Positions 45,353 through 56,834 are shown, counted from the first letter of the stretch. The stretch is DNA of 64,000 nucleotides from a virus (IMGVR_UViG_3300037487_001184:32001-96000), one strand, 5' to 3'. Made by a program: numbers and translations. The notes: generated by a model from the letters alone, not told the origin.

Positions 45353-48300
45353 TATATACGCTCATTACATAAGAGCCTTATATTTCTGACTCTTGGAGTT
45401 ACTGCTTTACTTGCAGTAGTCATATCAACGCGAAGTCTACATTGTGTAAACTCTGCCAACACCGCGGTCCCGCCTGATGTATATGCTGAGTTCCCTTGAC
45501 TGTCTACACCGGTGTCTGGGTCTACTAACTCAAACGTATTAGCAGTAGCATTAGCCACTCTCCACGTATCATTAGCCGCCGTATTACCCCCCACAGTAGC
45601 AACAACAACTATCTCGTTATCGTTAAAACCATGACCAGCAGAAGTTATAACTATAGGAGAAGCATTGGTTGCGCCCGTCACTGTTGCTGCATCAGGTCGT
45701 GTGGAAAATTCCCATTCCATGAATGGGTCATCTTTTGCAACAGCGTTATAACCAGTCTGCACCTTCAACTCACACCAGAAAAGACCATCATCTACAGTGT
45801 AATAAGGAGTTACCGACCGAGAACCTGCACCATTAACACCATCGGTATCCAAATCAAGGATAGCTCGGACCTCGTTGGGATAGTTCTCTGCATCTGTAAA
45901 AGTAATTGAGTTGCCTATATAAGTAGCCTCATCTTCATGAAGCAAGAACACTATACCATTAAACTCTTTTACTACGGCATACGCCCCACCAAGAGATGTT
46001 ACATCAATCTTTAGCCGAACCTGTGTAGCAATAGAACCAAGATACGTATCAACCCACGGTCTATAGGCAACCCAACTTGTTCCGTTATCCAACGAGTAAG
46101 ACCATTTAGCGTTAGTACCCGGAGCAAGAAATTCCATCGTCTTCAACACTAAATAACTCGCCTCGATACCTGTAAGGTTCTCGAACACAATTGCACAATC
46201 AGACACAAAGTTACTCTTGTATAGTTTGAACTTCAGGTCCTTCTTGGTTTCCGGTTGCCATGTACTATTATTAGGAGAATGGAACTGAACCCCACCGTGG
46301 GATTGCGTCATAATAACATTACCAGTTATGATATCAGTATCACCAAGTTCAGAGTTCCACACTTCATAATCAACACAGTTAGTCATTAGAACAATGGCAT
46401 ATTCTTCCATGTTATAACCAACCACGTCAGGGAAGGTAAACACAGTCTCAGATGTAGCGTCATCAGATATAGTTATATCAGCCGCTTGCTTTGTCACAGA
46501 CTGAAAAACATCCTTCGATGGCATTCCGTTAACCATCTTTCTGATTTCACAGGTCACTGGTTTGGTTGCACTTTTAGCTGCAAAGAACACACCTACCGCA
46601 CAAAGATATGTATTGTCTTCCATAACAAGAAACGATTGTGCTAACGGGTCCCATCCCCACGCATCTGTTATCCACCAATCTGAGCGTGTACCTGACACAC
46701 AAGTAGTATTGACGCGAGCGGAGGTCATACCTAATGTGGTAGCTTGCTTAGTTTCCTTCAAACCACTACCGTAGAAGTTTGCGGAGGCTTCACTAACATC
46801 ATCTGTAGTTGCGTGTAAAATCCTGACAAGACAGGTCCCACACTCAACCCCTGCTGGCATTGTAAACTTAGCTGTCAACCTACCAGCAGAATCAGTTTTC
46901 ACAGTAGTAAGACTTGTAGGTACAACCCTGGAAGTAACCGAAACCTCTCCATTCACAGGATTAGTAGAATAAACCATTGTCACAATATTCTTTGTAACGC
47001 TAGTACCTGCTACACTATCACCTGTAGCTGTTAAATTAACATTCACGCCAGCTATTTCACACCTATGGTCTGCATTCACCATAAGTGAATCAGCAACAAC
47101 TGCTATCTCAAAGGGAGAATTGTCAGTATTCTTAGTTCGCATAAACTGAATTGTGGATAGGTCAACTACTCTATCCCCAAAATCTATTACCTGTCTGTCT
47201 GGAACTATTGAATCAATCTGAGTACCTGTTCGCGCATAATCAATATAATTCCACCTGCCACCGCCCCACCAGGTTTGGAAATCAAACCTGCCACCGCCAG
47301 TCCTATTCCATGCACCCCAATCAATCTGACCTATTCTCTCAGCATCCAAAATGTTAAGTAGCGCTGCCATATTATTATCATAGTTAATGGTAGCTCTTGG
47401 TAACTGCTCAGTATCATAGAACATATCAACACCAGGCGTAAGAGTCAGCCTACCATTCATAGGGGACCAGATTAAATCAGGGTTCAAATTCTGTCTACGT
47501 GAAGCTGCTTTACTTTCCTGATGCAAAACAGGCTGATAACCTAGAACTATCTGATTACCCACCAAACTAATATTTTCACTTTCAGACTCATCCAGAGTAA
47601 TAAGTTGCTGCACCTGTGTTACAGGAATCTTTACTTCACGATTCTTAGCATCAATAGCAGCGGTATGAATAACAGCGCCCTCAACTCCAGCAGTATTACC
47701 GGTCTTACTAAAAGACCATGACATCTTGTTCTGCCCTGTAATGGGGTCGGTAAACAAACCCTTAGCGCCAATTGCGGCATCAGAGTAAGTAGTTTGATTC
47801 TCCAAGTCGTTCACAGTTTGCCAGTACTCCAACCTGGCAATACGGTCTTTCATATCGGAAATGCCTAACTGTGTAGTCCTCATAACTCCGACGTTCCTAA
47901 CCTTCACATCACTCACATAGTAGGTATAAGGAGAAACGATTATCTGTGCTACTGTAAGTTTACCTTCCTGGTCAGTAGGAATCGGGGGCTCTATTGCTGC
48001 ATTTCCTTCAATAACTGACAATGTTCCGTCTGGACTCACTGCCAACTTATCAACGCGTGCAAAGTAAAAATCATAATCGAATACTGGATTATCTGCATTG
48101 ATGGGTCTACTTGTACTTGTAGTACGAAAATCTATACAATCACGTAAATATGTTACACCATCAGGTGCAAGTTCTATACTTGCATAAGTATCATAACTAT
48201 CAGCCGAAACATAATCACCCTCTGCACTATGCGCCCAGTAAGTATAAGATACATAATATTTAGCATTTGTTGTTGGTTGACCAACACCCTGTGCCCCAGC

Positions 48301-50259
48301 AGTAGACCAATCAATCTGAGAAGTTGCGTGAAGCATAGCAGTAGAGTTCTTTAAGAAAACATACTCATCCCACGCATTGTCACCACCAATAGTATTAGAT
48401 ATCTTGGTAATTTCTACAACATCACTGTGACCCAAATCATCCTGACCTTGATAAGCAAGTTTGGTAACTTCCTCATTTGCTACCGTAGTGAGAACTCTTG
48501 TACCCTTTACTGCATTGCGCTGATAACGATACTTAACATAAAGAGGTACCCCGCTACCAGGTTTTTCACCAGACATACCAACAAAGCTTATATAGTCTCC
48601 ATCGCGTTCAAAATCTACGTTCTTTTCGTATGTAAACAAACCATCGTGGCAGTCTGCAAGCACAAGAGAAGCACCCAATACATCATAAACACCGCTATTA
48701 GATTGATTATCTAAAAGCAGGTTTTTATCGGTAGTGCCATTATATGAAACACTTACGACATGCTCGCAAGAATAATTAAGGTCTGTAATTGTTTTTAAGA
48801 AAGCATCATTTGCATCGTATATCCGTTGTCCAGTCGGAAGGATTACACCTTCACTGAGACCTAGAATTGTGTAAGCGTCACCAGCAATAGCCATGATTTC
48901 CAGCGTTTGGTCATCCCTAGCTCGTATATTAAGAGATCCGGTAGCATCAATACAAGTTATAAGGTCCGGGGATTCATTGGAAATATAACCATTTAATGCT
49001 GCCTCAATCTGTGTAGCGACTGTTGCTGCGGTTGCACTAACCCCAGACAAGGTTACCGTGTGTGCATTACCACTACCGACTTTTAACTTCACCTTCAGCC
49101 CATTTACGTTATAATTCTCTGCATTAGTAGCCGTAGCTGCACCACCATCTGATTCATATGCATCAATCGTAGAATTGTTTCGACTACCATATTCCCTGGC
49201 TTTATTAATGTGTTCAAAACGATAACCAATGGTCTCAACCGGATATCCCTCAACATAAGCAAGTCCGGGACCAATCTTCAAGGTTAGTTGTGTTGCATCG
49301 GTTGCATGTGCTTGCACTTCTACTGGAAAGTTGCGTACAACAAAGTTGCCAGACACGTCTCTTGTTCTATTAGCTAATTTCCTATCCAGCACTGTAGTTT
49401 CTGGTGTAACAGTTACAATCAAAGGAGTATTATCGGTAAACTTCTGTATATCAAGCTGATTGTCCTGGTCGATACCCCACACAAACTCATAAATTAACCT
49501 AGCAGCACCGTCCTGGGCATACTCTAAATCAACCAACTCATCCTGATTTCTCATCACTGGGTCAATTACATGAGACACTACAGTCGGAGTCACCACAATA
49601 CCAACAGTCTCTACTCCAGTTCCAACTAGTTCCACCTGACCAGCAGGAACATCAACAATCTGACCCTGAATATAAACCTTACCTGTAGTAAAATTCCATG
49701 TAGTACCACTATCAAACTGATAAGCGCACCCAGAAATTATATCACCATCACGATGTAATGATGCTTCCGCTAAATCCTTAACTCCACGAAGCATTATCCA
49801 CTGAAGGTCAATTAGTTCCTGTCGCTGAAGGTAAACACCATGATTGAAAAGCAAAGCTCTCCACTGCGGTCTACCAGAAGTATTGTCTTCTTTAATTAGT
49901 TCCGCAGTCTGTAGTGCTACACCCTTATCATTATATGCAGCAATTGATGCAGCAACTTCTTGAAGCAGGTAATAGACACCACCCTGCAACTTATAAAACC
50001 TAACAAATGTTGCCGCAGCAGGAACACTCTCAACAGACAAGGCAATATAATTAGTATTATTTATTGTTGCCGGTCCTGTAGTTACTACAACAGCTTCAGT
50101 TGGAGTTGTTTCACCAACTAATGTAACAAAAGAAGCTCTGTAGGAATAAGAGGTGCTACCAGGAGTTCCATGAACCACTGGGGTAGTCATTACCGGAACA
50201 GGAAGATTGTCCCCAGCCCTCAACTTATAATCAAACATTTTGTCATTTAAAAGTCCCAT
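45352..50259 (-). CDS. DUF4815-like large baseplate/virion structural protein
   Basis: LQRQELIDLQ, GA.RL, RT.DVSGNFVV, GLAYVEGY, DPLAQSF, DLKFKLY. Confidence 0.85.
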   Translation of the reverse strand: MGLLNDKMFDYKLRAGDNLPVPVMTTPVVHGTPGSTSYSYRASFVTLVGETTPTEAVVVTTGPATINNTNYIALSVESVPAAATFVRFYKLQGGVYYLLQEVAASIAAYNDKGVALQTAELIKEDNTSGRPQWRALLFNHGVYLQRQELIDLQWIMLRGVKDLAEASLHRDGDIISGCAYQFDSGTTWNFTTGKVYIQGQIVDVPAGQVELVGTGVETVGIVVTPTVVSHVIDPVMRNQDELVDLEYAQDGAARLIYEFVWGIDQDNQLDIQKFTDNTPLIVTVTPETTVLDRKLANRTRDVSGNFVVRNFPVEVQAHATDATQLTLKIGPGLAYVEGYPVETIGYRFEHINKAREYGSRNNSTIDAYESDGGAATATNAENYNVNGLKVKLKVGSGNAHTVTLSGVSATAATVATQIEAALNGYISNESPDLITCIDATGSLNIRARDDQTLEIMAIAGDAYTILGLSEGVILPTGQRIYDANDAFLKTITDLNYSCEHVVSVSYNGTTDKNLLLDNQSNSGVYDVLGASLVLADCHDGLFTYEKNVDFERDGDYISFVGMSGEKPGSGVPLYVKYRYQRNAVKGTRVLTTVANEEVTKLAYQGQDDLGHSDVVEITKISNTIGGDNAWDEYVFLKNSTAMLHATSQIDWSTAGAQGVGQPTTNAKYYVSYTYWAHSAEGDYVSADSYDTYASIELAPDGVTYLRDCIDFRTTSTSRPINADNPVFDYDFYFARVDKLAVSPDGTLSVIEGNAAIEPPIPTDQEGKLTVAQIIVSPYTYYVSDVKVRNVGVMRTTQLGISDMKDRIARLEYWQTVNDLENQTTYSDAAIGAKGLFTDPITGQNKMSWSFSKTGNTAGVEGAVIHTAAIDAKNREVKIPVTQVQQLITLDESESENISLVGNQIVLGYQPVLHQESKAASRRQNLNPDLIWSPMNGRLTLTPGVDMFYDTEQLPRATINYDNNMAALLNILDAERIGQIDWGAWNRTGGGRFDFQTWWGGGRWNYIDYARTGTQIDSIVPDRQVIDFGDRVVDLSTIQFMRTKNTDNSPFEIAVVADSLMVNADHRCEIAGVNVNLTATGDSVAGTSVTKNIVTMVYSTNPVNGEVSVTSRVVPTSLTTVKTDSAGRLTAKFTMPAGVECGTCLVRILHATTDDVSEASANFYGSGLKETKQATTLGMTSARVNTTCVSGTRSDWWITDAWGWDPLAQSFLVMEDNTYLCAVGVFFAAKSATKPVTCEIRKMVNGMPSKDVFQSVTKQAADITISDDATSETVFTFPDVVGYNMEEYAIVLMTNCVDYEVWNSELGDTDIITGNVIMTQSHGGVQFHSPNNSTWQPETKKDLKFKLYKSNFVSDCAIVFENLTGIEASYLVLKTMEFLAPGTNAKWSYSLDNGTSWVAYRPWVDTYLGSIATQVRLKIDVTSLGGAYAVVKEFNGIVFLLHEDEATYIGNSITFTDAENYPNEVRAILDLDTDGVNGAGSRSVTPYYTVDDGLFWCELKVQTGYNAVAKDDPFMEWEFSTRPDAATVTGATNASPIVITSAGHGFNDNEIVVVATVGGNTAANDTWRVANATANTFELVDPDTGVDSQGNSAYTSGGTAVLAEFTQCRLRVDMTTASKAVTPRVRNIRLLCNERI

Positions 50260-50271
50260 TACTCACACCTC

Positions 50272-50784
50272 TTATTTGAATTCAAAAATTACTTGGACTA
50301 TTTCTTCACGCTCCAGTGACATCACTATAGGAGCAGTATTTTCCACATATTCCAAAACACCGGTATCCTCAACATCATCTGGGTCCAACCACAAATCTGT
50401 GGTGTGCCCAGAAGCGGGAACTAGGTTAGAAAAAACACCCATCTGTCTAAATATACCATAAGGTTGCCCAACAGAAGGGTCAAATCTAGCTTTAATGTAA
50501 ATAAACCTACCCAATTCTGACAACGCGTTAGAATCCTCTACATAACGATATCTCCGACCGCGTATCATAACATCTTCTTGACTATTAACAAATCTACAAA
50601 GACTCACTAACTCTGCTTTAACAAAAACGATATGTTCTTCAATATCTGTGAGTCCGGCTTCCGGAGAAGGTGGTGCTAATTCATCGTCCCACGCTGTAGT
50701 CTTACCCACTGCGACCCAATAAGTAGAGTAGGTTTTGTGTAACAACGCAGTCCGCGCACGAGCGGTATAGGGTATTACAGCCAT
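50272..50784 (-). CDS. baseplate wedge-like protein
   Basis: VAVGKTTAWDDE..PP.P, FRQMGVF. Confidence 0.7.
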   Translation of the reverse strand: MAVIPYTARARTALLHKTYSTYWVAVGKTTAWDDELAPPSPEAGLTDIEEHIVFVKAELVSLCRFVNSQEDVMIRGRRYRYVEDSNALSELGRFIYIKARFDPSVGQPYGIFRQMGVFSNLVPASGHTTDLWLDPDDVEDTGVLEYVENTAPIVMSLEREEIVQVIFEFK

Positions 50785-50795
50785 TTTCTTTCACC

Positions 50796-51725
50796 TCATA
50801 ATTCTACGCTATCTAAGCGCGGTTTTAATGCTGGAGCCGTGGACAATGCAAGTTCCCCTATAAGTTGTTCGCCAATCCGCAGCTCATTTGTTTCGATATC
50901 AGTCCAACGTAAAGATGTATACGTATGCATATATGTAGTTGTTGGTACTGGGTAAAAAGGAACTTCTCCTAATAAAGTATTTCCAAGAACAGGTCCGAGT
51001 GTATCACAATCATTCCAATTAACAATGTGATAAGACCACTGTGGTCTCGGTGCAGGACGGTCCCCAACAACTTCAGTTATACCTAAACTACCATAACCAA
51101 TCCCACCATCAAGACAATTTGTATATGAAAGAGCGCTGGTGATTAATAAATATCCAACAACCTCATCAATACCAGTCATAACAAAAAAGTATTCGATAAA
51201 CCAAATAACTCCGGCTGGTGAGGTTTCAAGTAAAGCAGCAAGTAAGTCCTCTGTTTCTCCGGCTCTATCTACCCCTATTACATACGCACCGTCATGCCAA
51301 TAATTTGGCGCTACTATATAAGCATCATCGCATGATAACCTACCTTGCTTACCGAGGATTAATAGCTTAGAGGCATTATCCTGATACTTATTAAGATGTG
51401 AGCCGTGCTCTTCAACTAAATCATTAAGTGATACAAAGGTTCCTTTGTAGGAATATTTACGAATAGAATCTCGAATTCTATTTCTATTCCAAAGTAAAGT
51501 TCTATTATAATACCACCTATGTCCTACAAGGTCTCCAATAAGTTTCAGATGTCGAGTGGGTATCTTGTCAACACTATGGATGTCTAATAAACTATCAGCA
51601 AGTTGTTCGATAGAATCAAAATCATCATCAACAACATTCAGGAACCTCTCCAACACTCCTTGAGTATCTAGTTTACGCCATATATTTGGCAGTCTATCAT
51701 AGAGGTCTGTTCTTTGTGCTGCCAT
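50796..51725 (-). CDS. baseplate/tail protein (P2 gpI-like)
   Basis: LYDRLPNIWR, LERFL, YSYKGT. Confidence 0.75.
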   Translation of the reverse strand: MAAQRTDLYDRLPNIWRKLDTQGVLERFLNVVDDDFDSIEQLADSLLDIHSVDKIPTRHLKLIGDLVGHRWYYNRTLLWNRNRIRDSIRKYSYKGTFVSLNDLVEEHGSHLNKYQDNASKLLILGKQGRLSCDDAYIVAPNYWHDGAYVIGVDRAGETEDLLAALLETSPAGVIWFIEYFFVMTGIDEVVGYLLITSALSYTNCLDGGIGYGSLGITEVVGDRPAPRPQWSYHIVNWNDCDTLGPVLGNTLLGEVPFYPVPTTTYMHTYTSLRWTDIETNELRIGEQLIGELALSTAPALKPRLDSVEL

Positions 51726-53134
51726 TAGTCTTGAATCACCACACTAACTGTACCTAAAGTAGCCATATACCCATTAGGTATATCAGTATCAACTACCGGT
51801 GCATCAAACTCTATCCAGGATACCCCGTTAACCCTACTTAATGTTAAGTTAAGGTCTCCAAAATCAACATCTAATGCCAAACCTTGGTTCTCGGACAAAA
51901 AGAATGTTGTACAAGCATCCTCAATAGCAGCTATTACACTAGCATGTTCATATCCAACAGAAACACCAATCCTAATACTCACATCTATTGGAAATGCAGT
52001 CCAGTCCTTTATCAAATATCTTCCTTGCCACGTACCTAAATGTCCCCAAGTAGTGCATTCATCAAGTAATATATCACGCATAGTAGTAGTAACTACCCCG
52101 CCACCCTCTGGAACTACATACATTACAATGTAAAGATGGGGCCATTCTAAAGAATCATTTCTATCAATTATTTGACAATGCAGTACACCGGGTAAGTGCT
52201 CAATCAACGCTTGATAATCTTCCTTAACAACGCCCCTTCGTTGAGCGCGTGTTACAATAGGAATGGATTCTCTTATTGATTCTGTTCCTTCAGAGGGAGC
52301 GCCCCCTGTTGCTTCCTCTATATTAGTACACGTTGCCATATCAACCATATTAGCTGGCAACCCGGTAATAACACCGGTACCACAGTTACCACTACTACCA
52401 TCTGTAGTTATATAAGTAACTGTTATGTCACCAAAAGACAGTAGACTTCCCTGCACACCATCCCCAATTACTAGATATACATTATCTGTTTCACCATCAA
52501 GTTCCAACATATAGTGCCAATCAGTAGAGGTAGACCGCCAAAAAGAATCAACCTGTGTCCAAACCACTGATTCGTCAGTATGAATAATCTCAACGGTACC
52601 AGCAGCTACTTCCGTTCCAAGATTATACTTCAACTTATTTGTGTTATCCAAATATTCAAAATCTGATGCGCCCAACGATAGTGTGTGTGCAACACCCTGC
52701 AGCACTTGAACATCGGCATAATCTGGAGTTGCACTAATAGCAGAAGCCGCTACAGAAGAATAAATTAAACCATCTGCTCTAGTAAACTCCATAAATCTAG
52801 GTAATACAATCCTGCGCGTATAGCCACCCCCCCTCGTAACACGCACAACAGAGGCAGCAGCAGAAGCGAGAACGGGCGTATAACCAACAGTGGCTCCAAT
52901 ATCAACAAGTGATTGTCTGAATCTTGCAGTAGATAAGTATCCCTCTAAAAATACTTCATCAATATAAAAGGATAGCAAATCTGTTTCACGAGACAACAAA
53001 CGAATTAAAGAGATTCCGCCATCACTATGATTTCTATCGGTTAATTCGGGTACTTCAACAGAAAGTAGCGCGAGCAATCGTTCAAAACTCGCTGTATAGT
53101 CACGCTGTGTGAATATATTATTCATATCAGCCAT
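51725..53134 (-). CDS. baseplate J-like wedge protein
   Basis: RDY, GDGVQG, TTDGSSGN, ATGGAPSE, RGVVKEDY. Confidence 0.88.
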   Translation of the reverse strand: MADMNNIFTQRDYTASFERLLALLSVEVPELTDRNHSDGGISLIRLLSRETDLLSFYIDEVFLEGYLSTARFRQSLVDIGATVGYTPVLASAAASVVRVTRGGGYTRRIVLPRFMEFTRADGLIYSSVAASAISATPDYADVQVLQGVAHTLSLGASDFEYLDNTNKLKYNLGTEVAAGTVEIIHTDESVVWTQVDSFWRSTSTDWHYMLELDGETDNVYLVIGDGVQGSLLSFGDITVTYITTDGSSGNCGTGVITGLPANMVDMATCTNIEEATGGAPSEGTESIRESIPIVTRAQRRGVVKEDYQALIEHLPGVLHCQIIDRNDSLEWPHLYIVMYVVPEGGGVVTTTMRDILLDECTTWGHLGTWQGRYLIKDWTAFPIDVSIRIGVSVGYEHASVIAAIEDACTTFFLSENQGLALDVDFGDLNLTLSRVNGVSWIEFDAPVVDTDIPNGYMATLGTVSVVIQD

Positions 53135-54034
53135 TTATAGTCCCTCACTCATCAGAATGGTTGCTTTCGGAGGAACTCGTAACATCGTTCCTATTAAGGG
53201 ATCTGCAAGCGTTTTCATATTAACTCTACCAAGACCAGCATCGGCAGAATCTGAGATATAACACCGCGCAAGATAATACCACAACCTAATATCTTTGTAA
53301 AACTTATAAGCCAAAAGCAACCAGGTATCGCCGCGCTTTACGCTATAAAAAGAATCGTTAGAGGATAATGGTATTGGTTTATATTTTTGAAGTCTGATAT
53401 AGTCATGACTGTTTCGAAAACTTCTAGTTGCTCCTCTATAACGACTAACATGGTCGTGCCCATTAGAATCAACATTACTCGAATGGTATTCCTGTAATCT
53501 AGAAGCCCTGTTTGTAACAAAAGGAATAACCAAATTCCCTGGTGCTTGTCCTGTTATAAAATCTATAGTAACCCACATAGGAGCAATTCCCATATCAGCT
53601 TGTCTTCCTGTAAGTTTCCACCTAACTCCGCTATAACCCGCATCTTTGTATTCATGTCCAAAAGTATCCGGCACCTTTGCTCGTTTTTCCCACCTTACTG
53701 TAGAGGTCTTAAAATACACTTCTGCTATCTGCCTAAATTCGTATGTGTTTGGTTCAAACAATATCATGAATATATAAGAACCGAACTCAGGAAGTGTATC
53801 ATGCTCACCTGGTCTTGTCAAGAGTATATGTGCAATTGATTCCGCTATGTGGTTTACGTTAGGGGTAACAGTTTCCCGTATAGACCAGCTATCCTGTAAG
53901 TATTCCAAAGCCACAGAAGTAGCATCGGTATTTCCTGCCGTAGTTACAACTCCACCTGTCGATGGGTTAAGTCTAAATGGAAACCCGATCCCACGGCCAT
54001 ACACTTTGAGTTCTGTAGCTTTTCGTACTGTCAA
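53135..54034 (-). CDS. GPW/gp25-family baseplate protein with C-terminal LysM-like domain
   Basis: GIGFPF, ILLTRPGE...PEFGS, WEKR; YSVKRGDTW..LAYKFY. Confidence 0.82.
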   Translation of the reverse strand: MTVRKATELKVYGRGIGFPFRLNPSTGGVVTTAGNTDATSVALEYLQDSWSIRETVTPNVNHIAESIAHILLTRPGEHDTLPEFGSYIFMILFEPNTYEFRQIAEVYFKTSTVRWEKRAKVPDTFGHEYKDAGYSGVRWKLTGRQADMGIAPMWVTIDFITGQAPGNLVIPFVTNRASRLQEYHSSNVDSNGHDHVSRYRGATRSFRNSHDYIRLQKYKPIPLSSNDSFYSVKRGDTWLLLAYKFYKDIRLWYYLARCYISDSADAGLGRVNMKTLADPLIGTMLRVPPKATILMSEGL

Positions 54035-55002
54035 GCGGTTGTAACCTCATTATATAACATAGTCTTACTTATCTCTGCCAATTGGGTCATCAGCGGTTTT
54101 ACCGTATCTGTTTCAACCTCGAACTTAACCAGCTCTTGAATAATATTTTTATTAAACTTTACATCCCCTGTTTTACCACGAACTTGAACTTGCGCGGCTC
54201 CTGCAGTGAGTATAATAGAACCACCGTCTTTAGATGATAGGAATATAGATGGGCCATTTTCAGAATTCATACTATCGGCTACTCTAATAATCATACCACT
54301 ACCGTCTTCTGCATCTACTATTGTCAACCCAGAACCGTTTTGCCCAAGAAGTCTAACATAACCTACCTTATTTTTAAATACTTCACCAGGAGCTTTTTGT
54401 GTTTTACAGGCTACACAATCATCCCCTCGCTTATACGCTGTTCTAAACTTAGTCTCTTCTTTCTCGCTTTGTTTTGGTTCTTCACCTTTGTTTGGACCAT
54501 CTATGAATAAACCAGCACCAGTATTGCTCTGTAATGCAACACCCTCCTTTCCTGTCTTATCATTAAAAGTTAGTCCAGCTCCTGCAGGTGTCTTCAACTG
54601 ATAAAAAAGGTGCCCCTCTTTTTTAGTGATAGCGTTTGCAGTCTCTTTAGGTAGTAATCCTACCTTGCTATCTTTAGACTCAGAAGATGGACCAGCGGGA
54701 AACACAATTTGGTTCATTGGGTCTCCGTCAATATTAACAAGAACACCCCTTTGCCTTGGAGACATGGGCCAGGATATACCAGTATCGCCTTTATTATGTG
54801 TGCCACCAATCGGCATACCACCTACTTCAACCCAACTAGTATAGTTTTCCTTCCCAACTCCACTCTTAACAGGGCATTCTACTTGTACCCTATTATCCCC
54901 TTTTGGGTCTCCTTCTGTTTTACGAATAACACAATCGCTAAAAGTGACAGCTTTTAGAATATTTCCAGCATCTGGATTAACTATTGTTGGTGTTTCCCAC
55001 AT
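54031..55002 (-). CDS. baseplate central spike (gp5/gpV OB-fold)
   Basis: DPKGDNRVQVECP, TSW, G...P....G.L..IDGDP. Confidence 0.75.
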   Translation of the reverse strand: MWETPTIVNPDAGNILKAVTFSDCVIRKTEGDPKGDNRVQVECPVKSGVGKENYTSWVEVGGMPIGGTHNKGDTGISWPMSPRQRGVLVNIDGDPMNQIVFPAGPSSESKDSKVGLLPKETANAITKKEGHLFYQLKTPAGAGLTFNDKTGKEGVALQSNTGAGLFIDGPNKGEEPKQSEKEETKFRTAYKRGDDCVACKTQKAPGEVFKNKVGYVRLLGQNGSGLTIVDAEDGSGMIIRVADSMNSENGPSIFLSSKDGGSIILTAGAAQVQVRGKTGDVKFNKNIIQELVKFEVETDTVKPLMTQLAEISKTMLYNEVTTA

Positions 55003-55004
55003 TA

Positions 55005-55265
55005 TTATGTCCTATCCACCGATGCATTTGCGCCATCCTTTTTTACCCCGCCACCTTTAGCCTTTTCAGCACCTCCCCGTGACTGAGTAGTTGACATGGT
55101 AAACTTTGCTGATACTATAGTGCTATCATCTTTACCAAACGAAACTGTAGCCTGACTTCCAGCATCTAGGTCTCTGGGTCCAATATTAATGTCACCGCCC
55201 CCATATATATCAGAGTTAATAACTACCTTACCTTTACCTTTTTTTGTTTTTTTAGCTTGTGTCAT
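55005..55265 (-). CDS. small baseplate-hub-associated protein
   Basis: overlaps the hub gene stop. Confidence 0.55.
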   Translation of the reverse strand: MTQAKKTKKGKGKVVINSDIYGGGDINIGPRDLDAGSQATVSFGKDDSTIVSAKFTMSTTQSRGGAEKAKGGGVKKDGANASVDRT

Positions 55266-56359
55266 GTTCTAGCCACCGAAGAGTTCATTCCTTGTTTTAC
55301 AGAGGACCCTTTCTTATTCCCCTCCTGCTTCTCATCTGGTTCATTTCTCATCACATGTAGTGTAGTAGAACCACCGTGTCCTTCCTCCCAACCATGTGTA
55401 CATGTTTGAACATACCAACCACCAGAATTCTCTGGTCCTAAATTATCAAATTCAATTCCCTTCTTTGCGCGAAGTTCAGGAGACCAGTATAGGACCACAT
55501 CTCCGCGCACTGACTTACCTTTACTGGCATTCTGTGCTGCATTAGCCCTGTTATTATCCACTGAATTAGTATCAGATGAAGAACCATAATCGTAAGTCAA
55601 ATCACCACCAGCAGCCGCTCCAGCGGCAGCACCAGCAACTCCTCCACTGCCAGCCCCTCCTCCACTACCGGCAGCAGCTCCTGCAGCAGCTCCTGCAGCT
55701 CCGCCCTTGCCTCCATCTGGTTTCTTTCCGTTTTTTTCCTCACGACCAACCCCAGAATTAAGCGCTGTACCTGTCATACACATTGCTTTTGGCGCGCACG
55801 AGGGAGCCTTGAATTCTCCAATATTAAACATAGTCTGCTCTGCGTTATATTGACTGGTAGTTTTACACATATTGGTTAATTCACCTATAATACTCCATAC
55901 AGTACCATTACACGGGAGTTTTACACCATTACCAAAATCAGGACTTTGAAGGTCTACTTTTACACTAGCCTTATTATCAACAGCAGCCTCAACAGTCTCC
56001 TTTATAGCTTTAACTGCATCTGTTCCTTCTTTATACATACCTTTCATAGATTTCCCATCAATATTTGCTATTATATCTTGCCCAAGAATCTCTATAGTTA
56101 ATGCTTTATCAGAATAAGTCTCTGTGACCCCTTGAATTTTAAGTTTTGCTGTGTTTGATAAATCATTTGGTGTTCCGAACATAACCTCGATATCACCATC
56201 TAATTGAAATAAACCACTAAATAACATATCAATGTTAACTATAGTTATATTGCAAGAAGACATCCCATCATCAACTTCCTTAACCGACCATTTAGATACA
56301 ATCTTCGTTATATCTGTCTCGGCTACCTTAACAATAAAATCACACTCTTTATCATACAT
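55262..56359 (-). CDS. baseplate hub (late control gpD-like)
   Basis: position after the tube initiator; PEL....I...LG...SGGWYV....H. Confidence 0.7.
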   Translation of the reverse strand: MYDKECDFIVKVAETDITKIVSKWSVKEVDDGMSSCNITIVNIDMLFSGLFQLDGDIEVMFGTPNDLSNTAKLKIQGVTETYSDKALTIEILGQDIIANIDGKSMKGMYKEGTDAVKAIKETVEAAVDNKASVKVDLQSPDFGNGVKLPCNGTVWSIIGELTNMCKTTSQYNAEQTMFNIGEFKAPSCAPKAMCMTGTALNSGVGREEKNGKKPDGGKGGAAGAAAGAAAGSGGGAGSGGVAGAAAGAAAGGDLTYDYGSSSDTNSVDNNRANAAQNASKGKSVRGDVVLYWSPELRAKKGIEFDNLGPENSGGWYVQTCTHGWEEGHGGSTTLHVMRNEPDEKQEGNKKGSSVKQGMNSSVART

Positions 56360-56814
56360 TACGCGGTTAACCTCAGAATTGTAACTGCAATTGTTGCATT
56401 ATATGGTAAAAGAGTATCTGGGTTAGCTAAAGTTTTGTAGTGTACATCCACTTTATCTACTACACCATATATTGATAATGAGGCACCTGATACAAACATA
56501 ACTTTTGGTGGTCTCTTGATATTACCACCACCAGATTGAGTAGTGTCAGCTAATGCTATAAGACTAGCTGCAAAGCCTCGAACAAAGAAGTCTGAGTTAT
56601 TATCTCTAGAAACGTCTATAGTAAAATGCACTATATGACTTGAACCGCATGTATACTGCAGGAATGGTTCGTTATTACCCGCTGCTTTCATAGGATGCCA
56701 CTGAGCTGACCTTGAATATTGAATGGTTGCTGGGTTCCATTGAAAAATAACCGGGGAAGCCCCACCATCGACTGGTATTATCATACCTTTAGTAAAATTA
56801 GGTGAGTATGGCAT
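56359..56814 (-). CDS. tail tube initiator (CIS-tube-like) protein
   Basis: FQWNPATI, PFLQYT.G, RPPKVMF. Confidence 0.75.
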   Translation of the reverse strand: MPYSPNFTKGMIIPVDGGASPVIFQWNPATIQYSRSAQWHPMKAAGNNEPFLQYTCGSSHIVHFTIDVSRDNNSDFFVRGFAASLIALADTTQSGGGNIKRPPKVMFVSGASLSIYGVVDKVDVHYKTLANPDTLLPYNATIAVTILRLTA

Positions 56815-56834
56815 TTATATAGATAACATCCTTA

